64,000 nt of DNA, taken from contig CAWFOM010000020.1 in NCBI GenBank assembly GCA_963817385.1, positions 24,718 through 88,717 on the forward strand. Direction: 5' to 3'. Source of the DNA: an uncultured delta proteobacterium (GTDB lineage Bacteria; Desulfobacterota; Syntrophia; Syntrophales; UBA5619). The translations under genes and the position numbers were made by a program. The stretch's first letter is position 1. Each line of letters begins with the position of its first letter. Positions 10,191-19,848 of this stretch are shown here, piece by piece. Under the pieces are notes generated by a model that was not told the DNA's origin, ran no database searches, and worked only from the letters and a program-made list of their open reading frames with translations.

Positions 10191-12701
10191 GTGAAGAAAA
10201 ATCTGGTCACCATCATACTAACCACGGGAGCTTTGCTGGCCGTTTTCTTCATGGTTTTTCAACTCCACAAGATGAGCAAGGAAAAAGTTCTCGCCCAGTT
10301 TAACGAACACCAACTCCAGATTGCCAAGCAGGTCGCCGGCCAAACCGAATCATACTTCCGTTCCTGTTCCCAGGATCTCCTGTGGCTTTCCTCTCATGCC
10401 TACTTGCAAGGCACTGACAGGAAGAAGATGGTTGCCGATGTCCAGGCCAATTTCGAACGCATGATGAGGAATCACGTCAAAGAGATATGGCTTCTCGACG
10501 ATAGGGGAACCGTCACCTATTCCACAACCGTGAGCGCCATCGGAGCAAATCATTTCCGATCGGATTTCTTCTCTTGGGCAAGGAACCAGGGAAGCAGGGG
10601 AGCGGTTTGGGCGGGGTACGGGCAGGCTGACAGAGAGCGCATACACACGACCGCGGGAAGCCCTACACCGAACTTTCCTGAGATACTCTTCGTTACCCCC
10701 CTGTATCGGGACCCCGCCGACCGCAATGACCAAAATACGAGGGGGAATTTCGGCGGTGCTCTCCTGTTTACCGTCGATCTGAAGAAAATGCTGGACGATC
10801 GGTCGCTCTTCTTCAGTCCAGCGACGAAGATGCACAAGTTATGGATTATGGATCGGGGTGGGATGCTGTTACTGCAATCCGAGCACCCGGCGATGGTGAC
10901 GAAGAACATTCGGGAAAGGGATGCTACCTGCAGTCAATGTCACCCATCCTTCGACTACATGGAAAAAATGCTGGGGAAAATGGAGGGCGCTACAGAATAC
11001 CAGTTGAAGGGAAACAAAAGGATGGTCGCGGCCTTTACGACGATGTCATTTGAGAAAATCTCATGGATCATCGTGACGAGTGCATCGTTTGACGAAGTGG
11101 ACGCTTTCGTATCGGAACATTTCAAAGACACCATCGTTCTCCTTGGCATCGTGGCGCTCGTTCTGGGCCTCGCATTCTTCTCCGCGTACGGGAACTATCG
11201 CCGGAGAGTGGATGGCGAAATGGAGGTGAAGCGGTTACGGGAGAACCAGAAACTCACGGAAGAACTGCAGCGGAACCGTGAAAGCACTGAACGCCTGACC
11301 GGAGAGATGATTGTCATCGCCGAGATCGGACGGGTGATCAATTCCAGTCTGAACATCGATGAGGTGTACGAACGGTTCGCTGCCGAGACCCGGAAGCTCA
11401 TCCCGTTTGACAGGCTTAACATTAATCTCAACAATCTTCATGAGCAAACCACGACCATCGCCTATGTTTCCGGGACGGATGTCCCCGGGCGAGGGCAGGG
11501 AGATTCTTTTCCTCTGGCGGGGTCGTTGACTGAAACCCTCATCAGCACGCGGTCCGGCCAGATCATTCTGCCGGAAAGCGTTGAGGGGAAAATGCGCGAA
11601 TATCCCCATCTTTTTTTCAGTGTTCGCGAAGGGATGCGTTCGATAATGAGCGTACCCTTGATCTCTCGGGACGAGGTGATCGGCGCCCTGCACTTCCGAG
11701 CGAAAAAGCCGGATGCTTACACCGAGACGGACCTCCGATTGGCGGAAAGCGTCGGGAAGCAGATTGCCGGGGCGATAGCCAATGCGCAGCTTTATACCGA
11801 CCTTAAGGAAACGGAAAAGTCGCTTCGTGAGAGCGAGGTGCGGTTCCGGAACCTCTTCGAGCAGGCGGCGGTGGGTGTGGCCGAGATCGAGATCAGGACG
11901 GGCCGTTTCTTCACAATTAACCGGCGCTTTTGCGAGCTTGTCGGCAGAACGGAGGAGGAGATGCTGGCCACCACCTTCCAGGCGATCACCCATCCGGAGG
12001 ACCTCCATCTGCATGAGGAGAAAACGGCGCAACTGTTGGCCGGAAAGATCAGAAACTACGACTTGGAGAAGCGATATATTCGTAAGGACGGAACGATCAT
12101 CTGGGTGCATATCACGGTCTCGCCACTCTGGAGGCCGGGGGAAGCGACCGGGCGACATATCACCGTGGTTGAGGACATCTCCGAGCGCAAGCGGATGGAG
12201 GAGGAGCTGCGAGAGATGTCCCTCCGAGACGGGCTGACGGGACTCTACAACCGGCGTGGCTTTATCACCCTTGCAGAGCAGCAGTTTAAAACCGCAAACA
12301 GGGCAAAACGGCAGATGCGGCTCGTGTTCATCGATTGTGATGGCCTGAAATTGATCAACGATACTCTGGGCCATGAAGAAGGGGACAAGACTCTGATCGA
12401 CGCGACAAATGTTCTCAGGCAGACTTTCCGGGAATCGGATATCGTCGCCCGCTTAGGAGGGGACGAGTTTGCCGTCCTTGCCATCGACATTGCGGAATTG
12501 AATCCTGAAGATTTTTCGAAACGTTTTCAGCAAAATATCGATGCGTTTAATGAAAAGGAAACCCGGCCATACAGGCTCGCTATGAGCTGGGGCACTACCA
12601 TCTATGATCCTGCATCACCGATGACTCTGGACCAGCTTATGTCGGCAGCAGATGAGTTGATGTACACTCAGAAAAAGACCAAACCGAATAAAAGAAATTG
12701 A
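10191..12701 (+). CDS. membrane-bound diguanylate cyclase (periplasmic Cache-like domain with CxxCH, GAF, PAS, GGDEF)
   Basis: Two TM segments flank a periplasmic region containing CSQCH. GAF (SIMSVPLISRDEVIGAL), PAS (THPED, EKRYIRKDG), DGLTGLYNRR, RESD I-site and intact GGDEF. Confidence 0.92.
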   Translation: MKKNLVTIILTTGALLAVFFMVFQLHKMSKEKVLAQFNEHQLQIAKQVAGQTESYFRSCSQDLLWLSSHAYLQGTDRKKMVADVQANFERMMRNHVKEIWLLDDRGTVTYSTTVSAIGANHFRSDFFSWARNQGSRGAVWAGYGQADRERIHTTAGSPTPNFPEILFVTPLYRDPADRNDQNTRGNFGGALLFTVDLKKMLDDRSLFFSPATKMHKLWIMDRGGMLLLQSEHPAMVTKNIRERDATCSQCHPSFDYMEKMLGKMEGATEYQLKGNKRMVAAFTTMSFEKISWIIVTSASFDEVDAFVSEHFKDTIVLLGIVALVLGLAFFSAYGNYRRRVDGEMEVKRLRENQKLTEELQRNRESTERLTGEMIVIAEIGRVINSSLNIDEVYERFAAETRKLIPFDRLNINLNNLHEQTTTIAYVSGTDVPGRGQGDSFPLAGSLTETLISTRSGQIILPESVEGKMREYPHLFFSVREGMRSIMSVPLISRDEVIGALHFRAKKPDAYTETDLRLAESVGKQIAGAIANAQLYTDLKETEKSLRESEVRFRNLFEQAAVGVAEIEIRTGRFFTINRRFCELVGRTEEEMLATTFQAITHPEDLHLHEEKTAQLLAGKIRNYDLEKRYIRKDGTIIWVHITVSPLWRPGEATGRHITVVEDISERKRMEEELREMSLRDGLTGLYNRRGFITLAEQQFKTANRAKRQMRLVFIDCDGLKLINDTLGHEEGDKTLIDATNVLRQTFRESDIVARLGGDEFAVLAIDIAELNPEDFSKRFQQNIDAFNEKETRPYRLAMSWGTTIYDPASPMTLDQLMSAADELMYTQKKTKPNKRN

Positions 12702-12799
12702 AAGACTCTTACCAATCCGGGAAGTGCCGTTAAGAGCCCGCCTCCGATTATTTCAGGAGCTCCGCCGCTTGGAGCGTCCAGCCTGTCTTATTAATACGT

Positions 12800-13636
12800 T
12801 CAGCTTAACAGGACATAAACGGCCTGGATGAGCGCCCAGCCGAGGGTCGCTACGGTCATGAGGATACTCGTCGTTCCCAGGAAGCGGTGGATGAATCGCT
12901 CCCTTATCCGTTCCTGGTATCCCGCAAGGAAGGCGATCAGGATGCCGGAGACGAGTCCTCCCCCGTGCGCCCAGTTGTTGATCCCGGGAAAGAAGAGTCC
13001 GAACAGGACGAGACCCACGACCCACCCCATCGCCTGGCGGTAGATCTGCTCCCCATAGAACCCTCCCCGGCTCTTGCCGTAGTAGAGGATGGCGCCGATC
13101 ATCCCGCAGATGGAGGCGGAGGCCCCGATCGTGAAGGGGACGCCGGCCAGATAGGAGAGATAGAAGCCCGCGATCCCGGTCCAGGTGTAGAGGATCGCGA
13201 AGCGGTGGAAACCGAATTCGTCCAGGACGAAGGGGGCGAGCTGCCTCAGGGCCATCATGTTGAAGAAGAGGTGGAGGATGCTCCCGTGGAGGAAGGAGGC
13301 CGAGATCAGGGTCCACCAGCGGCCGTAGGCGGCGATCGGCAGGGTTCCTGTCGCGCCGAGGAGGAAGATGCTCGGGTCCGAGGGCGACAGGAAGGTCATA
13401 GGGTTTGCCGACAGGCCGAGGGCGCCCGGGTTCAGGAGAAGCGAGAAGAGATAGAAGGCGGCATTGACGGCGATGATCGCCTTGACCGGGTCGAGACCGA
13501 GCAGGGAAAATCCGTCGAAGACGCCCCGTTTCCAGCGGGAACCCGGGTGGGCCATCCCACAGTAGGGGCAAGCCGGCTCGTCGCTGCTGATGAGCTTCCG
13601 GCAGTTTGGGCAGAGAATCGATTTCTTCTCGATCAT
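12800..13636 (-). CDS. rhomboid family intramembrane serine protease with N-terminal zinc ribbon
   Basis: CPNC..CPYC, FLHGSILHLFFNM, catalytic GAS and NWAHGGG. Confidence 0.9.
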   Translation of the reverse strand: MIEKKSILCPNCRKLISSDEPACPYCGMAHPGSRWKRGVFDGFSLLGLDPVKAIIAVNAAFYLFSLLLNPGALGLSANPMTFLSPSDPSIFLLGATGTLPIAAYGRWWTLISASFLHGSILHLFFNMMALRQLAPFVLDEFGFHRFAILYTWTGIAGFYLSYLAGVPFTIGASASICGMIGAILYYGKSRGGFYGEQIYRQAMGWVVGLVLFGLFFPGINNWAHGGGLVSGILIAFLAGYQERIRERFIHRFLGTTSILMTVATLGWALIQAVYVLLS

Positions 13637-13649
13637 GGCGGAATTCCGT

Positions 13650-14807
13650 TTATAAGAACCTCATGATCACCGGTATGGCGACGAAGGTTCCGATGGAGGT
13701 GGTCAGGTTGACGACGGCGACGAGCAACAAGAGCCGCGTGATCTTGTTCCGGAAAAAACCCCGGACCGAGGTGATGTCGTCGGTCAACGCCAGGAAGTCC
13801 TTGACCTGGGGCTTCCTCAGCGACGCCTCCGCCAGGCCGGCGACCCAGCCGGCGGCGATCAGGGGGTGCAGAGTGGTGATGGGGGCGGAGAGGGCCGAGG
13901 CCAAGATCGTCAGCGGGTGGGCCAGGAGGAGCAGCGCCCCGAGGCCCGCGAAACCGGCGGTGATCAGCGCCCACCAGGTGATCATCTTCAGGCTCGCCTG
14001 GGAGCCCGAATAGAAGAAACCGGCAACGAAGAGGCCCACGATGGCGAGCGAGAAGAACCACCCGGCGAACCGGCCCCAGATCCCCTTCTCGGGGATCCGG
14101 TTGAGCAGTTCGAGGTCGATTTCCTCATCGAGGTGTTCAAGGATGCCCGGCACGTGGCCGGCGCCCACGACCGCCACAATCCGGGCGCCCGGCGCATGGC
14201 CGATCGTGTGGGCGAGGTAGAGATCCCGCTCGTCGATCAGGGTGGTCTTGAGCCCCGGCAGCTTCTCTCCGACGGTCTGCAGGGCGAGTTCGAGGACGTC
14301 GTGCTGCTTGAGCTTTTCAACCTCCTCCTCGGTGATCTCATCGGTGGCGAAGAGCGACAGAAGGACCTCGGGGAGGAACTTCACCTTGCTCCAGAAGCTC
14401 ATCTTCCGCCAGGTGCGCAGGAGCGTCACCCGGATCTCCCGGTCGGCGAGGACGATCTCGGCCCCGATCTCTTCCGCCCGGACGATGGCCCTGAGCATCT
14501 CCTCGCCCGGGGTGATGTTGAATTTCTGGGCGATCTTCCGCTGGAGGGAGGCCATGATGAGTTGGGAAAGGAGGATGGAGGTCCGCTTCTCCCGAATCAC
14601 CTTGACGATGTCGGTCTGCTGCCACTTGTCCCGCTGCTGGATCGCCTCATAGCGGGGACGGCAGAGCTCGACGCAGACCGTATCCGGCTTCTCTTCGGCG
14701 ATGACCCGCTCCACCAGGTCGGCGCTCTCCCGGGAGACATGGGCCGTTCCGATCAGGATGATCTCCCGGCCTTCACGGATGATGCGGTGGAGATTCTGGT
14801 TTTCCAA
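13650..14807 (-). CDS. TraB/PrgY/GumN family protein
   Basis: GTAHVS, VCVELC, PGEEM, DERD and VVGAGH, with C-terminal TM segments. TTG start with SD. Confidence 0.9.
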   Translation of the reverse strand: MENQNLHRIIREGREIILIGTAHVSRESADLVERVIAEEKPDTVCVELCRPRYEAIQQRDKWQQTDIVKVIREKRTSILLSQLIMASLQRKIAQKFNITPGEEMLRAIVRAEEIGAEIVLADREIRVTLLRTWRKMSFWSKVKFLPEVLLSLFATDEITEEEVEKLKQHDVLELALQTVGEKLPGLKTTLIDERDLYLAHTIGHAPGARIVAVVGAGHVPGILEHLDEEIDLELLNRIPEKGIWGRFAGWFFSLAIVGLFVAGFFYSGSQASLKMITWWALITAGFAGLGALLLLAHPLTILASALSAPITTLHPLIAAGWVAGLAEASLRKPQVKDFLALTDDITSVRGFFRNKITRLLLLVAVVNLTTSIGTFVAIPVIMRFL

Positions 14808-14969
14808 ATGGTTTCCCTCTCAACGCTCTTTTGGGGAGGTCATTACCAATATTCGCCCCGGATGTAAAGGGAAATGGTTTACGGATGTTCCGGATGGTGC
14901 TAAAAAGACCGGTCATGCGAGTCGTGCGAACTCCCTTCTGTGCGGGTGAGAAAAGCGGAAAAGAGTAGA

Positions 14970-16181
14970 ATGGGCGAAGTCTTGAAGATCGGCGATCGTG
15001 TTGAAACGGTAATCGGGGATGTGGCCTTCGGCGGCGACGGCGTCGGACGGGTTTCCGATCTGGTCCTGTTCGTCCCCTTCGCCGTCGACGGGGATGAAGT
15101 GGAGATCGAGATCACCGAAGTGAAGAAGCGGTATGCCCGGGGGAGCCTTGTCCGGATCGTCACCCCGTCCCGCCACCGGGTGGCGGCTCCCTGCCCGTAT
15201 TATACGCGCTGCGGCGGGTGCCGGATGCAGCATATCGAGTATGCCCATCAACTGGAGCTCAAGGAGCGGCAGGTCCTGCAGTCGTTCGGACGGATCGCGA
15301 AACTCCCGCTGCCACCGGCGGTGCCGGCGATCCCCTCGCCGCTGCCCTACGGTTATCGGGGAAAGGCGGAGTTCCATCTCGCGGGGGGGAGGGGAGGGGG
15401 GCGGCTGGGGCTGATGGCCCTGGCGACGAACGATCTCGTCGAAGTGGAGCGGTGCGGGATCGTCGATGAGTCGATCAACCGCAAATACGCGGAGCTCCGG
15501 GAAGCCCTCCGGTCAGGATCCGTCCGGATCGGGGGCGATCGGCAGGCGATCTGGTCGGACGAGCCGGGCGAACCCCCGACGGAGATGGTGATCGGATTCG
15601 GGAAAGCGCCGGATGTCACCCGGATCGTCCGGGGAAAGCGGATCGCCGTTCCCTGCCGGGGCTTCTTTCAGGCGAATGCCGCCCTTGTCGGGGAGCTGGT
15701 CGATCAGGTTGTCGGGATGAGCGGGCTGACCGGCCGGGAGACGGTCATCGACGCCTACGGCGGCGCGGGACTCTTTTCGCTGTTTCTCGGTGAGCGGGCC
15801 GGGCGGCTCTTCGGGATCGAAGGGGACCCGGAGGCGGCGCGCTGTGCGGGGATCAATCTACGCCGTCACGGCCTTGCGCAGGCGGATTTTTTTTGCGGCG
15901 ACGTGGCGGCGGTTCTCGAAAAAGAGTTCGTGCGGCGCCGGGTGACGGCCGATGTGGTTGTCCTCGACCCGCCCCGCGACGGCTGCGGCGGGGGCACCCT
16001 CGAAAGCGTGGCGGCCCTCCGCCCGGAGCGGATCGTCTATGTCTCCTGCAATCCCGCCACCCAGGCGCGGGACGTGAGGCATCTCTCCAACCATGGCTAT
16101 GCCCTCCGTCGACTCCACCCGCTCGATATGTTTCCGCAGACGGCCCATATCGAGGTCGTCGCCCTCCTGGCAAGGGGGTAA
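14970..16181 (+). CDS. rlmD: 23S rRNA m5U methyltransferase RlmD/TrmA family
   Basis: TRAM domain, CPYYTRCGGC, FFQAN, LDPPRDG, YVSCNPAT and DMFPQTAHIE. Confidence 0.88.
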   Translation: MGEVLKIGDRVETVIGDVAFGGDGVGRVSDLVLFVPFAVDGDEVEIEITEVKKRYARGSLVRIVTPSRHRVAAPCPYYTRCGGCRMQHIEYAHQLELKERQVLQSFGRIAKLPLPPAVPAIPSPLPYGYRGKAEFHLAGGRGGGRLGLMALATNDLVEVERCGIVDESINRKYAELREALRSGSVRIGGDRQAIWSDEPGEPPTEMVIGFGKAPDVTRIVRGKRIAVPCRGFFQANAALVGELVDQVVGMSGLTGRETVIDAYGGAGLFSLFLGERAGRLFGIEGDPEAARCAGINLRRHGLAQADFFCGDVAAVLEKEFVRRRVTADVVVLDPPRDGCGGGTLESVAALRPERIVYVSCNPATQARDVRHLSNHGYALRRLHPLDMFPQTAHIEVVALLARG

Positions 16182-16229
16182 TCGGCGCCAACGTCGTGAG
16201 GTATTCACTTGGAAGGCTGAATAGTTAGC

Positions 16230-17627
16230 CTAGGATACTGCCTTATCTGCTGTTTCCTTTCCCGAAGGCATAAGAAAGACAAGCGGAATGGCACAGAGAA
16301 GCCCCAGACCAAACAATATGAAGGTTATTGTAAAACCGATGGCGGGGGTGGGACTCGTATGAAGAATAATCGTTATTAATGAAATGCCAAACGCCCCTCC
16401 AACCGATCGAAACATTCCGCGCAGCCCGGTGATGGTCGCTACTTTTTCAGGCATCAGTTCGATGCAGGCATTGTTCGATGCGGGTAGCGCCATCCCCATA
16501 CCCGCTCCGGTTACCATCATGAGGATCGCCAACGTTTCAGCCGCACCAAAATGGATGCCGAGCATACTGAATAGTTGAAAACGCTGGTCGCCCAGAAGGC
16601 TTGTTGAAAGGGAGATGACGATCACCCCCAATATCATCGGCCAGCGGTAACCCCATTGTTTGAGGAGAAAGCTGGTGATAAATGCGGTTGCGATAACCGT
16701 TAAAGAGCGGGGAGTCAGTATTACACCGCTCATCAAGGTGGATAACTTGTGTACGGAGGTGGCATAGAGGGGAATAAAAGCAAAGATTCCCATAATTCCG
16801 GCCCCTAACATCATATTATAGAGGTTTGCCGCCAGGAAAGGCGTTGACCTCAAGAGCGGTATGTCCAAAATCGGGTCGGGGTCCTTTTTTTCATGACGGT
16901 AAAACAGGAAAAAGAAAGAACTGCTGATGACGAAGAATACGACTGCACTGAGAAGCGAGGCGATGGAGAAATTCTCTGCGATAAGATTCAATCCGAGCAT
17001 GAGGGAGAGTATTGCTCCAAAAAAAAGAGAGGCCCCCACGATATCGATATGGGGACGGAAAAGGGGCTTCGAGCCTTTCAGTAAAATTATGATCGCAGCC
17101 ATCACCATGATACCGATCGGCAAGTTGATATAGAAAATGTACCGCCAGGAATAGTTACTCAAAAGCCAGCCCCCCAGGTTCGGACCGATGATCCCCCCTA
17201 TGGGAAAGATACTGGTGAATAGACCGATTACCCTCTCCCGATTCTCGGGGAATTGATCGCTCACTATGCCGGCCGCCGTCGGGAGAAAACTTGCCCCTCC
17301 AATCCCTTGAATGAACCTGAATGCCAGCAAGCTGTAAATATTGGAAGCCAGACCGCAGGCGAAGGAACTGGCGGTAAAAAGGACAAGAGAGGTGAGAAAA
17401 ACTTTTTTGCGGCCGAAGCTATCGCTTAACTTGCCCATCAACGGCATGACACTTGTAACGGCAACCAGATAAATTGAGACGGTCCATGCAGCCCAGAGGA
17501 CATTGGTATTTAAGTCTTTGATGAAGTGGGGGAAGGCTACTGCCACGACCGTACTGTCGATGGAATACATCAGAAGACTCAATCCGGCGGAAGCGAAAAT
17601 GAGGTAACGACGCATCTTAAGAATCAC
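16230..17627 (-). CDS. MFS transporter, DHA2-like drug/H+ antiporter
   Basis: Motif A GKLSDSFGRK, RFIQGIG, GPNLGG, WRYIFYINLPIG. Visibly more AT-rich than its neighbours. Confidence 0.9.
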   Translation of the reverse strand: MILKMRRYLIFASAGLSLLMYSIDSTVVAVAFPHFIKDLNTNVLWAAWTVSIYLVAVTSVMPLMGKLSDSFGRKKVFLTSLVLFTASSFACGLASNIYSLLAFRFIQGIGGASFLPTAAGIVSDQFPENRERVIGLFTSIFPIGGIIGPNLGGWLLSNYSWRYIFYINLPIGIMVMAAIIILLKGSKPLFRPHIDIVGASLFFGAILSLMLGLNLIAENFSIASLLSAVVFFVISSSFFFLFYRHEKKDPDPILDIPLLRSTPFLAANLYNMMLGAGIMGIFAFIPLYATSVHKLSTLMSGVILTPRSLTVIATAFITSFLLKQWGYRWPMILGVIVISLSTSLLGDQRFQLFSMLGIHFGAAETLAILMMVTGAGMGMALPASNNACIELMPEKVATITGLRGMFRSVGGAFGISLITIILHTSPTPAIGFTITFILFGLGLLCAIPLVFLMPSGKETADKAVS

Positions 17628-18066
17628 CTTTACAACAGACGCCTGTTAAGTTTAAGCCACGTCGATCAGCTTCTCCCGATACGCTGGGTCGAATTTGTCA
17701 TCCGGGTTCGCTGCCCGGTTTCCCGAGCGTGCGAAGGAATCACGATCGTCTCATTTTCCCTGATGCCACGAAGAACGGGAATCACCTTGCCATCATCCAT
17801 ATCATAATTCATATCAAAACGAACGATCAAGAACATAAATGATCGTGGAACGGAATCCCGTGTAACCTCGAGTTTGAAGATTTCCGGATATCTGCAATGA
17901 TCAAATGGAACAGTTGGGGGATCAGTTTCCCAAAACAGTAAAGAGGGTTGGTCATTGATATAATCAGGAAAATGTACTAAAAGCGGTGGTCAATCCGAAT
18001 CGAGGGAGGGGTGCATCACCATGAAGAAGAATAGGACGGGACCTTCTCCTGCCTGGGTGAGCGGCA

Positions 18067-18846
18067 ATGGTTATTGATACCCATGCGCATCTGGAGATGA
18101 AGGCGTTTGACGGCGACCGGGAAGCCGTTCTCGAACGGGCGGCCGCGGCGGGACTCACGGCCATCATCTCGGTTGGAACGACCCTTCCCGACTGTGAAAA
18201 GGCCGTGGCGTTGGCCCGGCGATACCCGCCGGTCTATGCGGCCGTCGGCATCCACCCCCACGAGGTGAAGGAGATCGACGCTTCGACGTATGACGCGCTC
18301 CGGTTCCTCGCCCGTGAGAAGAAGGTGGTCGCGATCGGCGAAATCGGCCTCGATTTCTTCTATGACCTCTCCCCGCGGGAGGTGCAACTCCGGCGGTTTA
18401 CGGAACAGCTTGATCTCGCAGAAGATCTTGATCTTCCGGTGATCATCCACGACCGGGACGCCCATGCGGAGACGCTCGGGATCCTCCGGCCGCGGAAGGG
18501 GCGTCTGCGGGGGGTGCTCCACTGCTTTTCCGGAGACGGGGCCATGGCCCGGGAGTGCATCGCGCTCGGATTCCATCTCTCCGTGGCGGGTCCCGTGACC
18601 TACCGAAAAGCCGACCAGCTCCGGGAGGTGGCACGGGAGATCCCTCCGGAGCGGCTACTCATCGAGACCGATGCCCCGTACCTCTCGCCGCAGCCGTATC
18701 GGGGAACGCGCAACGAGCCGGCCTATGTCGTGGAGACGGCCCGACGCCTGGCGGAGATCCGGGGGATACCGGCCGGGGAACTGGAGCGGCTGACCGCGGC
18801 CAACGCCCGCCGTCTCTTCGGGATAGGCGAAGAACAGCCGGCCTGA
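18067..18846 (+). CDS. tatD: TatD family hydrolase/nuclease
   Basis: DTHAHL, GIHPH, IGEIGLD, IHDRDA, HCFSG and ETDAPY. Confidence 0.95.
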   Translation: MVIDTHAHLEMKAFDGDREAVLERAAAAGLTAIISVGTTLPDCEKAVALARRYPPVYAAVGIHPHEVKEIDASTYDALRFLAREKKVVAIGEIGLDFFYDLSPREVQLRRFTEQLDLAEDLDLPVIIHDRDAHAETLGILRPRKGRLRGVLHCFSGDGAMARECIALGFHLSVAGPVTYRKADQLREVAREIPPERLLIETDAPYLSPQPYRGTRNEPAYVVETARRLAEIRGIPAGELERLTAANARRLFGIGEEQPA

Positions 18847-18969
18847 AGCCCGCCCTCTTCCTCCGCGATCCTTCCCGGTGCGCAAGCTTGATAAGTCTCA
18901 TCGACCGTGTTACGCATCCGCGGCCGAGGAATCGGTCTTGATTTCAGGGGGTGTTTGGAGTAAAACAAT

Positions 18970-19050
18970 GCCGTAGAGCAAGGGGTGCCGCGTTGGGCTG
19001 AGAAGATACCCGTTGAACCTGATCTGGGTAATGCCAGCGTAGGGAGTGGC
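18970..19050 (+). ncRNA. TPP (THI-box) riboswitch aptamer
   Basis: AGGGGTGCC...GGCTGAGA..ATACCCGTTGAACCTGATCTGGGTAATGCCAGCGTAGGGAG matches the conserved THI-box core and lies upstream of thiamine genes. Confidence 0.95.
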
Positions 19051-19078
19051 GATCGGTACATGATGCGTGAATCTCATC

Positions 19079-19120
19079 AGGGGCCATCTCCCTTACCGGG
19101 GCGTGGCCCCTTTATCATTT
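19079..19120 (+). terminator. riboswitch expression platform (intrinsic terminator/anti-terminator)
   Basis: AGGGGCCAT (19079-87) pairs with GTGGCCCCT (19103-11) and is followed by TTATCATTT. GGGAGTGGC (19042-50) can instead pair with GCCATCTCCC (19083-92). Confidence 0.7.
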
Positions 19121-19170
19121 ACCGCGTTTTGCTGCCGGAGAGGTCCGGAACCGGGGGAATGGTCGTCATC

Positions 19171-19848
19171 ATGAAGGAGTTGATTTTTATCGTTACCGGA
19201 GGGGAGCTCGGCGATCCGGCGTTTCTCCGGGAGCAGATGGCGGCAGTGAAACCTGCGGCGGTGATCTGTGCCGACCGAGGCGCCCGTCATCTGCAGGCCG
19301 CGGGGATCGTTCCCACGCTCATCGTCGGCGATATGGATTCCCTGGATGCGGAAAGCGCGAGGCTCTATGAGGCGCAGGGCTGCCGGTTCATCCGCCATCC
19401 CCAAGAGAAAGACGAAACCGACACGGAACTCGCGCTCGGCGAGGCCTTCAGGATGGCGCCTGCGGAGGTCTGGATCTGGGGGGCGATGGGGTTTCGGATA
19501 GACCACACCCTGGCAAATCTTTCGCTCCTTGTCCAGGGGGCCGAGCAGGGTGTCGAGGTCAAGCTGATCGATGAGTGGTGCGAGGTGTTCCTCGTCACCC
19601 GGCGGACGGTTCTCGAAGGGGAAAAGGGGCAGACCGTGTCTCTCCTTCCGTTCGCGGGGGAAGTTGCCGGCGTTACGCTTACCGGTTTCGAATATCCCCT
19701 GACGAAGGCGGTCCTGGCAGTTGGGCACCCTCGCGGGACCAGCAATCGGTTGGTTGCGCGTCGGGGGATCATTGAACTGGAGACGGGATGCCTCCTGGCG
19801 GTGAGGTATTTCCGGCCGGGGGATTTCCCGGGAGAGGTCAAACGATGA
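19171..19848 (+). CDS. thiN: thiamine pyrophosphokinase
   Basis: CADRGA, VGDMDS, EKDETDTELA, GFRIDHTLAN, GFEYPL and GTSN. The start could instead be 19159. Confidence 0.92.
   Translation: MKELIFIVTGGELGDPAFLREQMAAVKPAAVICADRGARHLQAAGIVPTLIVGDMDSLDAESARLYEAQGCRFIRHPQEKDETDTELALGEAFRMAPAEVWIWGAMGFRIDHTLANLSLLVQGAEQGVEVKLIDEWCEVFLVTRRTVLEGEKGQTVSLLPFAGEVAGVTLTGFEYPLTKAVLAVGHPRGTSNRLVARRGIIELETGCLLAVRYFRPGDFPGEVKR

Noticed and set aside
18985..19170. N-terminal extension of ThiN
   Set aside because: It runs through the TPP riboswitch.
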